Shown in pieces: positions 18,562 through 32,609 of a stretch of DNA of 64,000 nt (positions are counted from its first letter, which is position 1; each line of letters starts with the position of its first letter). This DNA comes from Candidatus Dormiibacterota bacterium (GTDB taxonomy: Bacteria; Chloroflexota; Dormibacteria; Aeolococcales; Bog-877). A program made the position numbers and the translations under genes. The stretch covers positions 42,044 through 106,043 of the forward strand of contig DATLRN010000035.1 in NCBI GenBank assembly GCA_035534695.1, read 5' to 3'. The notes below the pieces were generated by a model. The model saw nothing but the letters and a program-made list of their open reading frames with translations. It made no database searches and was not told the DNA's origin.

Positions 18562-19553
18562 GGTTGCTGGCGCTCGAGACCTCGTGCGACGAGACGGCGG
18601 CGGCAGTAGTTCAAGACAACTTCTCGGTCGAAACCTCGGTGGTGGCATCCCAGGCCCAAGCTCATGCCGAGTTCGGCGGTGTTGTCCCCGAACTGGCCGC
18701 GCGCATGCATCTGGAGCGACTGCCCTCAGTGGTGGAGGAGGCGACCGCCAGCATCGGAGGGTTGCAGGGAACCTTGGATGGTGTCGCGGTCGCCAAGGGA
18801 CCGGGGCTGATCGGCTGCCTGGCGGTAGGAGTCACCTACGCGCAGAGCCTGGCCGCCGGTCTAGGTCTACCCATAGTCGGGGTCAACCATATGAGCGGCC
18901 ATGTTCTGGCAGCGCGGATTGAAGATCCCGCACTGGAGCCGCCCTTTGTAGCTCTGGTGGTGAGCGGCGGCCACACCGACCTGATCCATTACCAGGCCCA
19001 CGACCGGGTGATTCTCATGGGGGCGACTCGAGACGACGCCGTCGGGGAGGCCTTCGACAAAGTCGCACGGATGCTGGGACTACGCTATCCCGGCGGACCT
19101 GAGATCGACCGGCTGGCGGCGACCGGCGATGCTCTGCGTTACCGCTTACCGCGACCTGTTCTGCCTGAATTTGCCTTCTCGTTCAGCGGTCTCAAGACGG
19201 CGGTCCTCTATCTGGTTCGAGACCTCGGCGAGCTCAATGAGCAGCAGGTCGCCGACGTCGCCGCGAGCTTTCGTTTGGCCGCGGTGGAGACGCTCTGCAT
19301 TCAGCTCGAGGCAGCGGTGGAGCAGACCGGCAGCAGCAAGGTTGTGCTGGCTGGGGGGGTGGCCAGCAATCAACTCCTGCGATTGCTGGTGCGAGAGCGC
19401 CTGGAGGGTATCGCGGAAGTGACCATCCCCGCACCTGAGCTGTGCACGGACAACGCCGCCATGATCGGGGCGGCAGCTTGGACGAAAGTGGCCCGGTCAG
19501 GCTTCGACAGTGAGCCGTTCGGGGTTGACTCGGGCCTGCGCGCCTACGTCTGA
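18558..19553 (+). CDS. tsaD: tRNA N6-adenosine threonylcarbamoyltransferase TsaD
   Basis: 'MRLLALETSCDETAAAV' and 'GVNHMSGH' metal-site motifs (Kae1/Gcp family). Confidence 0.93.
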   Translation: MRLLALETSCDETAAAVVQDNFSVETSVVASQAQAHAEFGGVVPELAARMHLERLPSVVEEATASIGGLQGTLDGVAVAKGPGLIGCLAVGVTYAQSLAAGLGLPIVGVNHMSGHVLAARIEDPALEPPFVALVVSGGHTDLIHYQAHDRVILMGATRDDAVGEAFDKVARMLGLRYPGGPEIDRLAATGDALRYRLPRPVLPEFAFSFSGLKTAVLYLVRDLGELNEQQVADVAASFRLAAVETLCIQLEAAVEQTGSSKVVLAGGVASNQLLRLLVRERLEGIAEVTIPAPELCTDNAAMIGAAAWTKVARSGFDSEPFGVDSGLRAYV

Positions 19554-19580
19554 TTCGGTGCAGCAGTTACCTTCTTCACA

Positions 19581-20089
19581 GTGGCTGACGATGCAGGCGC
19601 AGAGCGACAGGCCCTTCTTGATTGCCTGGAGTACCAGCGGGCCTGGGTTCGAGCCATCGTGGACGGCCTTGAGGCGAAGTACTGGTACACCCCCGTGGTC
19701 CCTTCGAGGTGGACCATTCTGGCTTGATCGAGCATCTGGGCGGCGCTCAGCGCCACTGGTTTCAACGGGTGGTCGCCGACTCCAACGTCGAGTTTCCCTG
19801 GGATGAAGGGCGTCCTGAATACGACCCGGACGCCGCATTTCTCGGCGACCGCCCGAGTGCAGACATCCTTGAGTACTACCGCGATCCGTACCGGCGCTCG
19901 GATGAGGTGTTGAGCGGAGTCGCTCTCGACGCGGCGCCCCGAGGGAAACACGGCGGCGGCGAAGATCCCCAGCCCAGCGATGTGCGCGAGATCGTTCTCC
20001 ACATGATCGAGGAGACGGCCTGCCACTCGAGCCACCCAGATATCGTGCGCGAACTCCTGGACGGCCGGACCAAACTGGGCCTCCGCTAG
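19581..20089 (+). pseudogene. DinB_2 / DUF664-family protein interrupted by a -1 frameshift near 19720
   Basis: Frame 0 reads 'ADDAGAERQALLDCLEYQRAWVRAIVDGLEAKYWYTPVVPSRWTIL' then a stop. Frame 2 continues 'GLIEHLGGAQRHWFQ...VLHMIEETACHSSHPDIVRELLDG', the family's C-terminal signature. Inserting one G in the 'ctgg' run at about 19719-19722 would restore a single ~170-aa ORF. Confidence 0.7.
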
Positions 20090-20136
20090 GGATAAAATCC
20101 GCCTGTCTGGGGAGCACCTATCTCACTTGGGGTGGT

Positions 20137-21117
20137 CTAGCCTCCCAGAGCGAAGTCCCAGAATCCATCTCGGCGCGGATAGACGCGGTCGCAGCCGGCG
20201 CAGCGCGCTGCCGAATCCGACCAGCGGAGGTCGGCCTGACAGCTTGGGCACCAGGTGCGCTGGGCAAGACCGGCGAGGTGGGTCGGAGTTTCCGGGCCGG
20301 CCAGTCGGAGACGTGCTGTGCCCGGACGAAGCCGGGTTGCCAGGAGGAACTGGCTGGGACCCCACCAGCCGCGCCCCAAGCGCTGAGTCGTCAGCTCCAT
20401 CGAATAGACAACTGGTCTGAGACCGCTGACCCAACGGGCGGGCAGAACCTGGTCCCAGCGCCGGAAGTTGTTGACGCTGGCTGCTGTGTGACTGCGGAAT
20501 CCGGAGCGTCGCAGGCGCTCCCTTACTGCCGCCAGCTGGAAGGTGTAGAAGGGGTAGTCGGTGGAGCCGGTGACGCTCGGCGCAGGCCCACGGAGCTCCC
20601 CAGGGCGGCCATTGCGGAGGCTGCGCAATCGGGCCAAAACGTGGTGTTTTATGGGCACATCGACAAGCCATCGTTGCGCCACTGTGCGCGCCATTTCGCT
20701 GACGCAGCGGTCCACATCGGTCATGTGGTGCAGGACCCGGATCACCATCGCCGAATCAACTGCCGAGTCGATTAGCGGCATCCGGCCGAGGTCGGCCCGA
20801 ATCAGGTGAACTCGGCCGGCCCCGACCTCCGGCGCGAGGTTCTGAGCCGCGCGGGACAGCTGGGTCACCGAGTAGTCGACCAAGATGACGTTATTGGCCA
20901 CCGACGGGTAGTGGATGGCATTCCGGCCATACCCTCCGCCGAAGTCGGCGAACCAATTCGAGCGACCCAGCCGGGGCAGGAGCCGACGCAGGGTGCGCGC
21001 CTCGACCCACTGCTCGTAGTCGCGGTTGCCCCAGAATGCGTAGTAGTCGAAGCCGCTGTCGTAGTCGACGATCTGCGAGCCGATCCCGGATTCGGGAGTA
21101 CTGGGCGTTCTCATCAA
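20137..21117 (-). CDS. Class I SAM-dependent methyltransferase with a C-terminal CxxC...CxxC zinc-ribbon (Trm112-like) domain
   Basis: Motif I 'ADFGGGYGR', acidic post-I 'ILVDYS', and a C-terminal 'WCPSCQADL...CAGCDRV'. It is the only long ORF in this interval and is divergent from groES. Confidence 0.7.
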   Translation of the reverse strand: MMRTPSTPESGIGSQIVDYDSGFDYYAFWGNRDYEQWVEARTLRRLLPRLGRSNWFADFGGGYGRNAIHYPSVANNVILVDYSVTQLSRAAQNLAPEVGAGRVHLIRADLGRMPLIDSAVDSAMVIRVLHHMTDVDRCVSEMARTVAQRWLVDVPIKHHVLARLRSLRNGRPGELRGPAPSVTGSTDYPFYTFQLAAVRERLRRSGFRSHTAASVNNFRRWDQVLPARWVSGLRPVVYSMELTTQRLGRGWWGPSQFLLATRLRPGTARLRLAGPETPTHLAGLAQRTWCPSCQADLRWSDSAARCAGCDRVYPRRDGFWDFALGG

Positions 21118-21210
21118 CCTCCGGATCCTAGTCGACCCGGACTGGCCGACACCCAGATCGGAAGTGGGCTCGAACGGACTTGCAGCTGGAACGCGATCCG
21201 GGATACACTA

Positions 21211-21237
21211 TTAGCACTCACGAGGGTTGAGTGCTAA
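21211..21237 (+). promoter_or_regulatory. CIRCE operator (HrcA binding site) upstream of groES
   Basis: TTAGCACTC-ACGAGGGTT-GAGTGCTAA is a perfect 9-N9-9 CIRCE consensus, 19 nt upstream of the groES ATG. Confidence 0.92.
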
Positions 21238-21255
21238 TAGTGTAGGAGGAAGGGA

Positions 21256-21570
21256 ATGGCCCTAAAGCTACGGCCACTAGCTGACCGTGTCGTCGTCAAG
21301 CCCCTGGAGCGGGATGAGACCACCAAGAGCGGGATCGTGCTTCCCGACACCGCCAAGGAGAAGCCCCAGGAGGGCTTGATCGAGGCGGTCGGTAACGGCA
21401 AGTACAACGAGCAGACCGGGCAGAGGGTCGCTCTCGACGTCGCAATCGGTGATCGGGTCATCTACGCCAAGTACTCGGGATCTGAGATCAAGATCGAAGA
21501 GCAGGATTACCTGATCCTCTCCGAGCGCGACATTCTGGCCGTGGTCGCGTCCAACGGCAAGAAGTCCTAA
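21256..21570 (+). CDS. groES: Co-chaperonin GroES
   Basis: '[32 protein letters not shown]' is canonical Cpn10. Confidence 0.95.
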   Translation: MALKLRPLADRVVVKPLERDETTKSGIVLPDTAKEKPQEGLIEAVGNGKYNEQTGQRVALDVAIGDRVIYAKYSGSEIKIEEQDYLILSERDILAVVASNGKKS

Positions 21571-21648
21571 CTAGAAGAGCCGCGGGCTCGCGGTGCCCCT
21601 CGGTAGGGGCGGCCGCGAGCCCCGCCCAAGCCTAGGAGAAAGGTTTAA

Positions 21649-23331
21649 GTGCCAGCCAAGCAGCTGAAGTTTGACGATCAGGCCCGCGACGCTCTGCTGC
21701 GGGGAACCGCCCAGGTGGCGGCCGCGGTACGACCCACGTTGGGACCCCGAGGACGCTCGGTAGTGATTGACCGCCGCTACGGTAGCCCGCAGATCACTAC
21801 CGATGGGGCCACCATCGTCCGGGACATCGAGCTTCCCGACCATTTCGAGAACATGGGAGCGCAGCTCCTGGCGGAGGCCGCGCGGCGCGCCAACGACACC
21901 GCTGGGGATGGGACCACCACGGCCGCTCTTTTGGCCGAGGCCATGGTCACCGAGGGCGTTCGCAACCTTGCCTCGGGGGCGTCGCCGGTGGGACTTAAGC
22001 GTGGCATCGAGAAGGCCACCAAGGCTGCCCTGGCGGAACTGGATCGCCTGAGCCGTCCTATGGCAGGACGCGAGGACATCTTGCAGGTCGCCACTATCTC
22101 CAGCGGTAGTAAAGAGGTTGGCGCGATGATCGCCGACGCTATGGAGCGGGTCACCTCAGACGGCGTGATCACGGTAGAGGACTCCTCAGGGATCGAGACC
22201 GAGGTCGAGGTGGTCGACGGGATGCAGTTCGACCGTGGCTTCGTCTCGCCCTACCTGGTGACCGACCAAGCGGGCATGGAAGCGGTTCTGGAGCGGCCCC
22301 TGATCGTGGTCACTCCGCGCAAGCTTTCGGCCGTCGCGGACATCGTCCCGGCGATGGAACTCGCGGTCAAGGCGGGACGGCCCCTTCTCATCGTCGCCGA
22401 GGACATCGATGGCGAGGCGCTGGCCACCTTGGTGGTGAACAAGGTTCGGGGCACGCTCTCCGCCTGCGCGGTCAAAGCGCCAGGGTTTGGCGATCGACGG
22501 TCTGCCATGCTCCAGGACCTCGCCGTCCTCACCGGTGCCGAGGTCATCTCGGAGGAGCTCGGTCTGACTATGGAGGGGCTAAGCGAGCATCAGGCAGGGT
22601 CCGCCCGTCGGGTTGTGGTTACCAAGGACGACACCACGGTCGTGGAAGGTGGCGGCAGCGAGGCGGCGGTTCGTGCACGCGTGGCCGAGATCGACCAGCA
22701 AATGGAGCTGACGGAGTCGGACTGGGACCGCGAGAAGCTTCAGGAGCGCAAGGCTCGGCTGGTCGGCGGGGTCGCGGTGATCAAGGTCGGGGCACCGACT
22801 GAGACAGCCCTCAAGGAGCGCAAGGAGCGTGTCCAGGACGCTCTGGACGCCACCCGCGCCGCCGTCGCCGAGGGCATTCTCCCCGGGGGAGGAAGAAGCC
22901 TTCTGGTGGCTTCGCAGGTGCTCAGCAAAGTCGAAGCCAGCGGCGACGAGGAGACTGGGGTCGACATCGTCAGACGTGCGCTTCAGATGCCCACCCGCCA
23001 GCTGGCGGCCAACGCCGGCCTGGACGGATCGGTGGTCCTGGAGAAGGTGATGTTGATGAAGCCCACCGAGGGTCTTGATCTGCTCAGCCTCGAATACGGT
23101 GACCTGCTCAAGGCGGGGATCATCGATCCCACCAAGGTGGTCAAGACCAGCTTGCAGAGCGCCGCCTCGGTTGCTGCGCTCCTGCTGACAACCCAAGCCT
23201 TGGTGGCCGACCTGCCTGAACTCGCCCCGACTCTTCCCGGCGGCGGCGACGAGGGCATGGGCGGAATGGGCGGGATGGGTGGCATGGGCGGGATGGGTGG
23301 CATGGGCGGGATGGGGGACATGGACTTCTGA
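21649..23331 (+). CDS. groEL: Chaperonin GroEL
   Basis: 'AKQLKFDDQARDALLRG' N-terminus, equatorial ATP motifs, and a C-terminal (GGM)n repeat tail. Confidence 0.96.
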   Translation: MPAKQLKFDDQARDALLRGTAQVAAAVRPTLGPRGRSVVIDRRYGSPQITTDGATIVRDIELPDHFENMGAQLLAEAARRANDTAGDGTTTAALLAEAMVTEGVRNLASGASPVGLKRGIEKATKAALAELDRLSRPMAGREDILQVATISSGSKEVGAMIADAMERVTSDGVITVEDSSGIETEVEVVDGMQFDRGFVSPYLVTDQAGMEAVLERPLIVVTPRKLSAVADIVPAMELAVKAGRPLLIVAEDIDGEALATLVVNKVRGTLSACAVKAPGFGDRRSAMLQDLAVLTGAEVISEELGLTMEGLSEHQAGSARRVVVTKDDTTVVEGGGSEAAVRARVAEIDQQMELTESDWDREKLQERKARLVGGVAVIKVGAPTETALKERKERVQDALDATRAAVAEGILPGGGRSLLVASQVLSKVEASGDEETGVDIVRRALQMPTRQLAANAGLDGSVVLEKVMLMKPTEGLDLLSLEYGDLLKAGIIDPTKVVKTSLQSAASVAALLLTTQALVADLPELAPTLPGGGDEGMGGMGGMGGMGGMGGMGGMGDMDF

Positions 23332-23357
23332 CGGCCGCTCGGGCGGAGAATGTCCTA

Positions 23358-24226
23358 ATGCCTCGACCCTCGTTGCTCAAGCTCGCTGTCTGCCAGTACG
23401 CACCTGAGCTGGGTGATCCCGAAGGCAACGCATCCCGAGGGGCCGCATGGATTACGAGAGCGGCAACCGCCGGGGCAAAGCTCATCGTGCTCCCTGAGCT
23501 GGCCAGTTCCGGATACGCCTTTGCCAGTGACGCCGAAGCTGCCGCCGCCGCCGGCGACATTGCCAGCCCGACCCTGGCCCGCTGGGCCGAATCCTGCCGG
23601 GAGCAGGGTGTGTACGTGGTGGCGGGGTTCTGTGAGCGCAGTGGGGACCAACGGTTCAACTCGGCCGCTTTGCTCGGCCCGGAGGGGGTCCTGGGGGTCT
23701 ACCGAAAGGCCCATCTCTTCTACGACGAGCAGACCTATTTCCAGCCCGGGGACAGTGGGTTCCCCGTCTTCGACCTACCCTTTGGCCGGATCGGAATCCT
23801 CATCTGTTACGACGTCTGGTTTCCTGAAGCTGCTCGTGTTCTGGCCCTGGCTGGAGCTCAGCTGATCTGCGTGCCCACCAACTGGGTGGCAAATTTCCGC
23901 CGCCAGGTAGCCGACGACCGGGGCTGGGTCATGGGCAACTACGCGTCGGTGGCGGTGGCCACCCAGAATCAGGTCTTCGTGGCGGCCGCCGACCGCATCG
24001 GCCGCGAGCGTGACGTCGAATTCATCGGCGCCAGCTGCATCGTCGGCCCTGAGGGCTGGTTGCTGGCAGGGCCGGCGGCGCGATCCCAAGAGGTACTGCT
24101 GCTGGCTGATGTCGACCTCAGCCAGGCCGTGGCCCGCAAGCAGCGCACTCCCCGCAACCACACCTTCGGCGATCGCCGCCCCGACCTCTATTCTTCGCTT
24201 GGCGCTCCTGCGACCTCGATTTCCGA

Positions 24227-24230
<4 letters not shown>
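23358..24230 (+). CDS. Carbon-nitrogen hydrolase family protein (nitrilase/amidase-like)
   Basis: Catalytic triad context 'LIVLPE', 'YRKAHLF' and 'ILICYDVWFPE' (E-K-C). Confidence 0.8.
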
Positions 24231-29071
<4,841 letters not shown>

Positions 29072-29335
29072 CGGGGACGGGGTGATGACGTCACGGAGGG
29101 GATGCTAATAGGGTCCGTCCCGACATCGCCTTAGGTCCCGACTTCGGAGCGATAATGGCCCAGATCGATCGGGCCTTCGGGCAGGACACTGCAGCGAGGT
29201 CAGGGGCCTAGGACCGACGTCTATCCGGCCAATCGATCAGTTCGGCACCTGAGATTGGTGCCGAGTTTGGGAGTTGATCGAGGTCGTCGAGGGTACTCCG
29301 ATAGACTCGGACTGGTGTTGCAAGATGGTGATGGG

Positions 29336-29632
29336 GTGCCTCGGGCGGGCTCGATAGCCTTAGCCGAGCTCGCCCATGTCAGCAGTCTGGCCCGGCTCGG
29401 GTTGACAGCGCCGGAACTGGCCAAACTGGCTGCTCAACTTGAGCTTATCGTGGCCGCCGTGGGGAAGCTCTCGGGTGCCGACATCTCGTCAGTGGAGGCG
29501 ACTGCGCAGGTGGGCGGACTCCGCAACGTCACCCGCGCCGACGAGGTGGAAGACGGTCTGACTGCTGAGCAGGCTCTGAGCAATGCGCCTGTCCAAGCGG
29601 CGGGCTTCCTGCGCGTCCCGGCCATCCAGTGA
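29336..29632 (+). CDS. gatC: Asp-tRNA(Asn)/Glu-tRNA(Gln) amidotransferase subunit C
   Basis: 'ELAHVSSLARLGLTAPELAKLAAQLELIV' and a C-terminal 'FLRVPAIQ'. The likely start is the GTG at 29336, because the upstream part of the track ORF does not look like GatC. Confidence 0.8.
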   Translation: MPRAGSIALAELAHVSSLARLGLTAPELAKLAAQLELIVAAVGKLSGADISSVEATAQVGGLRNVTRADEVEDGLTAEQALSNAPVQAAGFLRVPAIQ

Positions 29633-31104
29633 GCCTGCTCGAGGAGCCTATTCGCGAGCTGGGGCGGCGTCTTCGGGATGGTGAGATCTCAGCTCTTGAA
29701 CTCACCGAAGAGGCTTTGACTCGGATTGAACAACTTGACGGCAAGTTGGGGGCGTTCCTACGGACCACACCGGAGTCAGCTCGGGCGGCGGCAATGGCCG
29801 CCGACCAACGTCTACGCCAGGACCCGGCCGGCTCCCCCATCCTGTGCGGCATCCCCGTCGCCTACAAGGACGTGCTCTGCACGGCTGGGGTGGAGACCAC
29901 CGCCGGTAGCCAGATCCTTCGCGGTTTCGTGCCCCCATACAGCGCCACCGTGGTGGACCGCCTGTCCGCTTTGGGTGTTGTTCCGCTCGGCAAGCTCAAC
30001 TGCGACGAATTTGCCATGGGCAGCTCCAATGAGAATTCCGCCTACCAGGCCACGGTTAACCCCTGGGACCAGGAGCGAGTGGCCGGGGGGAGCAGTGGCG
30101 GATCGGCCGTAGCGGCGGCGGCCCGTTTGGCCTGCGTCACTCTGGGCAGCGACACCGGTGGGTCGGTCCGGCTGCCGGCTTCGTTCAGTGGCGTGGTCGG
30201 GGTCAAGCCCACCTACGGGCGAGTGAGCAGATATGGGCTGATCGCCTTCGCCAGTTCTCTGGATCAGGTCGGTCCGTTGGCGAAGACGGTGGAGGATGCC
30301 GCGTTGGTGATGACCGCCATCGCCGGCCACGATGCCCGGGACAGCACCAGTGTGGCGGCACCCGTGGACGGCTTCCTGGGTGATCTTCGAAGCGGGGTCA
30401 GGGGCCTTCGACTGGGAATTCCTCGCGAATACCTGGAGGTCGGCCTGGATGCCCAGGTCAGGGCGGTCTTCGAGGAGTCGGTCCGCACTTTGGAGGCGCT
30501 CGGTGCGACGACCCAGGAGATCACCCTACCGACCACCGAGTACGCCCTGTCTGCCTACTACGTGATCGCCCCCGCCGAGGTCAGCAGCAACCTGGCGAGG
30601 ATGGATGGAGTCCGCTTCGGGCCGGGTGCTCCCGACGCGACCACACTTCGCCAGGCCTATGAGGAGGCACGCCACCGAGGCTTCGGCGAGGAGGTGCGTC
30701 GGCGGGTGACCTTGGGAACTTACGCCCTTAGCAGTGGGTACTACGACGCTTATTACCTCCAGGCCCAGAAGGTTCGCACCCTGGTGGCTCAGGACTTCGA
30801 CCGCGCCTTTGCCGAGGTGGATGCGATCATCTCGCCGACGGCTCCCACGACCGCCTTCAGGCTGGGTGAGAGGACAGACGACCCGCTGGCTATGTACGCG
30901 ACTGACATCCTCACACTGCCCGCCAACCTGGCCGGCATCTCAGGCATCTCCGTTCCTGCCGGCTTTGCCGCCGGGCTGCCCGTCGGGCTCCAGGTGTTAG
31001 GCCCCTACTTGGGCGAGGCAACCTGCTTTCGGGTCGCCCAAAGCTTCGAGGACGCTGTCGGCGTCTGGCGCCACATGCCTCCTCTGGCAGTGGCCGCCTC
31101 GTGA
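29629..31104 (+). CDS. gatA: Glutamyl-tRNA(Gln) amidotransferase subunit A
   Basis: Amidase signature 'GGSSGGSAVAAAA' with Ser-cisSer-Lys context. The start overlaps the gatC stop. Confidence 0.95.
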   Translation: MSLLEEPIRELGRRLRDGEISALELTEEALTRIEQLDGKLGAFLRTTPESARAAAMAADQRLRQDPAGSPILCGIPVAYKDVLCTAGVETTAGSQILRGFVPPYSATVVDRLSALGVVPLGKLNCDEFAMGSSNENSAYQATVNPWDQERVAGGSSGGSAVAAAARLACVTLGSDTGGSVRLPASFSGVVGVKPTYGRVSRYGLIAFASSLDQVGPLAKTVEDAALVMTAIAGHDARDSTSVAAPVDGFLGDLRSGVRGLRLGIPREYLEVGLDAQVRAVFEESVRTLEALGATTQEITLPTTEYALSAYYVIAPAEVSSNLARMDGVRFGPGAPDATTLRQAYEEARHRGFGEEVRRRVTLGTYALSSGYYDAYYLQAQKVRTLVAQDFDRAFAEVDAIISPTAPTTAFRLGERTDDPLAMYATDILTLPANLAGISGISVPAGFAAGLPVGLQVLGPYLGEATCFRVAQSFEDAVGVWRHMPPLAVAAS

Positions 31105-32570
31105 GCTCAATGGCGTCATCGCCTTGGGAGGTGGTGATCGGGCTCGAGGTCCATGCCCAGCTGCTCACTAAGAGCAAGATGTTCTGCTCCTGCCGGGCCC
31201 AGTACCTGGGACTACCGCCCAACAGCAACACCTGCCCCGTCTGCCTGGGCCTACCTGGAGCCCTGCCCGTTATCAATGCCGAGGGCGTCCGGCTCACCCT
31301 GCGCACGGCACTGGCGCTCAACTGCGAGATACCAGAATTCACCAAGTTCGATCGCAAGAACTACTTCTATCCCGACCTCCCCAAGGGCTACCAGATTTCC
31401 CAGTACGATCTCCCACTCTCGCGCAATGGCTGGTTGGAATTCGAGGTCGAGGGGCGCAAGGTCCGCGGGGGGATCACCCGGGTGCACTTGGAGGAGGACA
31501 CGGGCACGCTGCACCACTCCGGCGAGATCCAGAGCTCGACGTGTTCGCTGGTTGACCTGAACCGGGCCGGGGTGCCCCTCATGGAGATCGTGGGCGAACC
31601 CGACCTGCGTACTCCAGCCGAGGCCAGGGGTTATCTGGTGGCACTCCGGCAGCTGCTTACCTACATCGGTGTCAATGACGGAAACATGGAGGAGGGAAGC
31701 CTGCGCTGCGATGCCAACATCTCACTCCGGCCGGTGGGCACGGAGGCTCTGGGGGTCAAGGTCGAGGTCAAGAACATGAACTCCTTCCGGAGCGTCCAGC
31801 GCGCCCTGGAGCACGAGCTGGGACGGCAGCGCGAGGTCCTCGACGAGGGAGGCCGTCTGCCCCAGGAGACCCGGGGCTGGAGCGAGTTGGAGCAGCGTAC
31901 CGTCTCGCAGCGGAGCAAGGAGGAGGCCCAGGAGTATCGCTACTTCCCGGAGCCCGACCTGCCACCGCTGCTCATCTCGCGGGCCCACGTAGACGAGATT
32001 CGAGCGGATTTACCAGAACTTCCGACGGCCCGCCGAGCCCGCTTCCAGAACCAGTACGGGCTCCCCGAGGAGCAAGCCCTCTTGCTGACCGGCCGTCCAG
32101 CCGACTCCAGCTACTTTGAGGAGGTGGTGGCGCGGGGGGTGACCCCGCAGCTAGCGGCGAACTGGCAACTAGGCGATCTGCAGGGTCTGTGCAATGGCGC
32201 CAACCTTGAAGTCGAGACGTGCAAGATCAGCCCGGTGGCGTTCAGTGACCTGCTCAGGATGGTCCAGAGCCAGGAGGCGACGGCCAAGGTAGCCAAGGAG
32301 ATTCTTGGGCGCGCCTTCGCCAGCGGCGAGGAACCAGCCCAACTGATCCACCAGGAAGGGCTAGGCCAGGTCTCCGATGCTAAGGAGATCACCGTGATGG
32401 TGGAGCGGGCTCTGGAACAGAACCGCCAGGCTGCTGCCGACTATAAGGCGGGCCAGGACCGCGCCCTCGACCGGCTGGTCGGAGCGGTGATGGCCATGTC
32501 CAAGGGTCGGGCCAACGCGGCCATGGTCAACCAGCTCCTGCGCGAGCGCCTGCCCCGCGCGGGGGGCTGA
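31101..32570 (+). CDS. gatB: Aspartyl/glutamyl-tRNA amidotransferase subunit B
   Basis: 'VIGLEVHAQL', 'CPVCLGLPGALPV' and the GatB/YqeY C-terminal domain. Confidence 0.95.
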   Translation: MSSMASSPWEVVIGLEVHAQLLTKSKMFCSCRAQYLGLPPNSNTCPVCLGLPGALPVINAEGVRLTLRTALALNCEIPEFTKFDRKNYFYPDLPKGYQISQYDLPLSRNGWLEFEVEGRKVRGGITRVHLEEDTGTLHHSGEIQSSTCSLVDLNRAGVPLMEIVGEPDLRTPAEARGYLVALRQLLTYIGVNDGNMEEGSLRCDANISLRPVGTEALGVKVEVKNMNSFRSVQRALEHELGRQREVLDEGGRLPQETRGWSELEQRTVSQRSKEEAQEYRYFPEPDLPPLLISRAHVDEIRADLPELPTARRARFQNQYGLPEEQALLLTGRPADSSYFEEVVARGVTPQLAANWQLGDLQGLCNGANLEVETCKISPVAFSDLLRMVQSQEATAKVAKEILGRAFASGEEPAQLIHQEGLGQVSDAKEITVMVERALEQNRQAAADYKAGQDRALDRLVGAVMAMSKGRANAAMVNQLLRERLPRAGG

Positions 32571-32609
32571 CACCTGCCCTCGGCGGGCGAGGCCAGGGAC
32601 GCCGAGAAA

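Noticed and set aside
19497-20117. 206-aa minus-strand ORF overlapping the DUF664 locus
   Set aside because: It is antisense to both halves of the DinB_2 pseudogene, has no domain signature, and is Arg/Pro-rich.
23263-23318. Tandem 'ggcggaatgggcgggatgggtggcatg' repeats
   Set aside because: This is the coding (GGM)n C-terminal tail of GroEL, a normal feature and not a non-coding repeat or CRISPR-like array.
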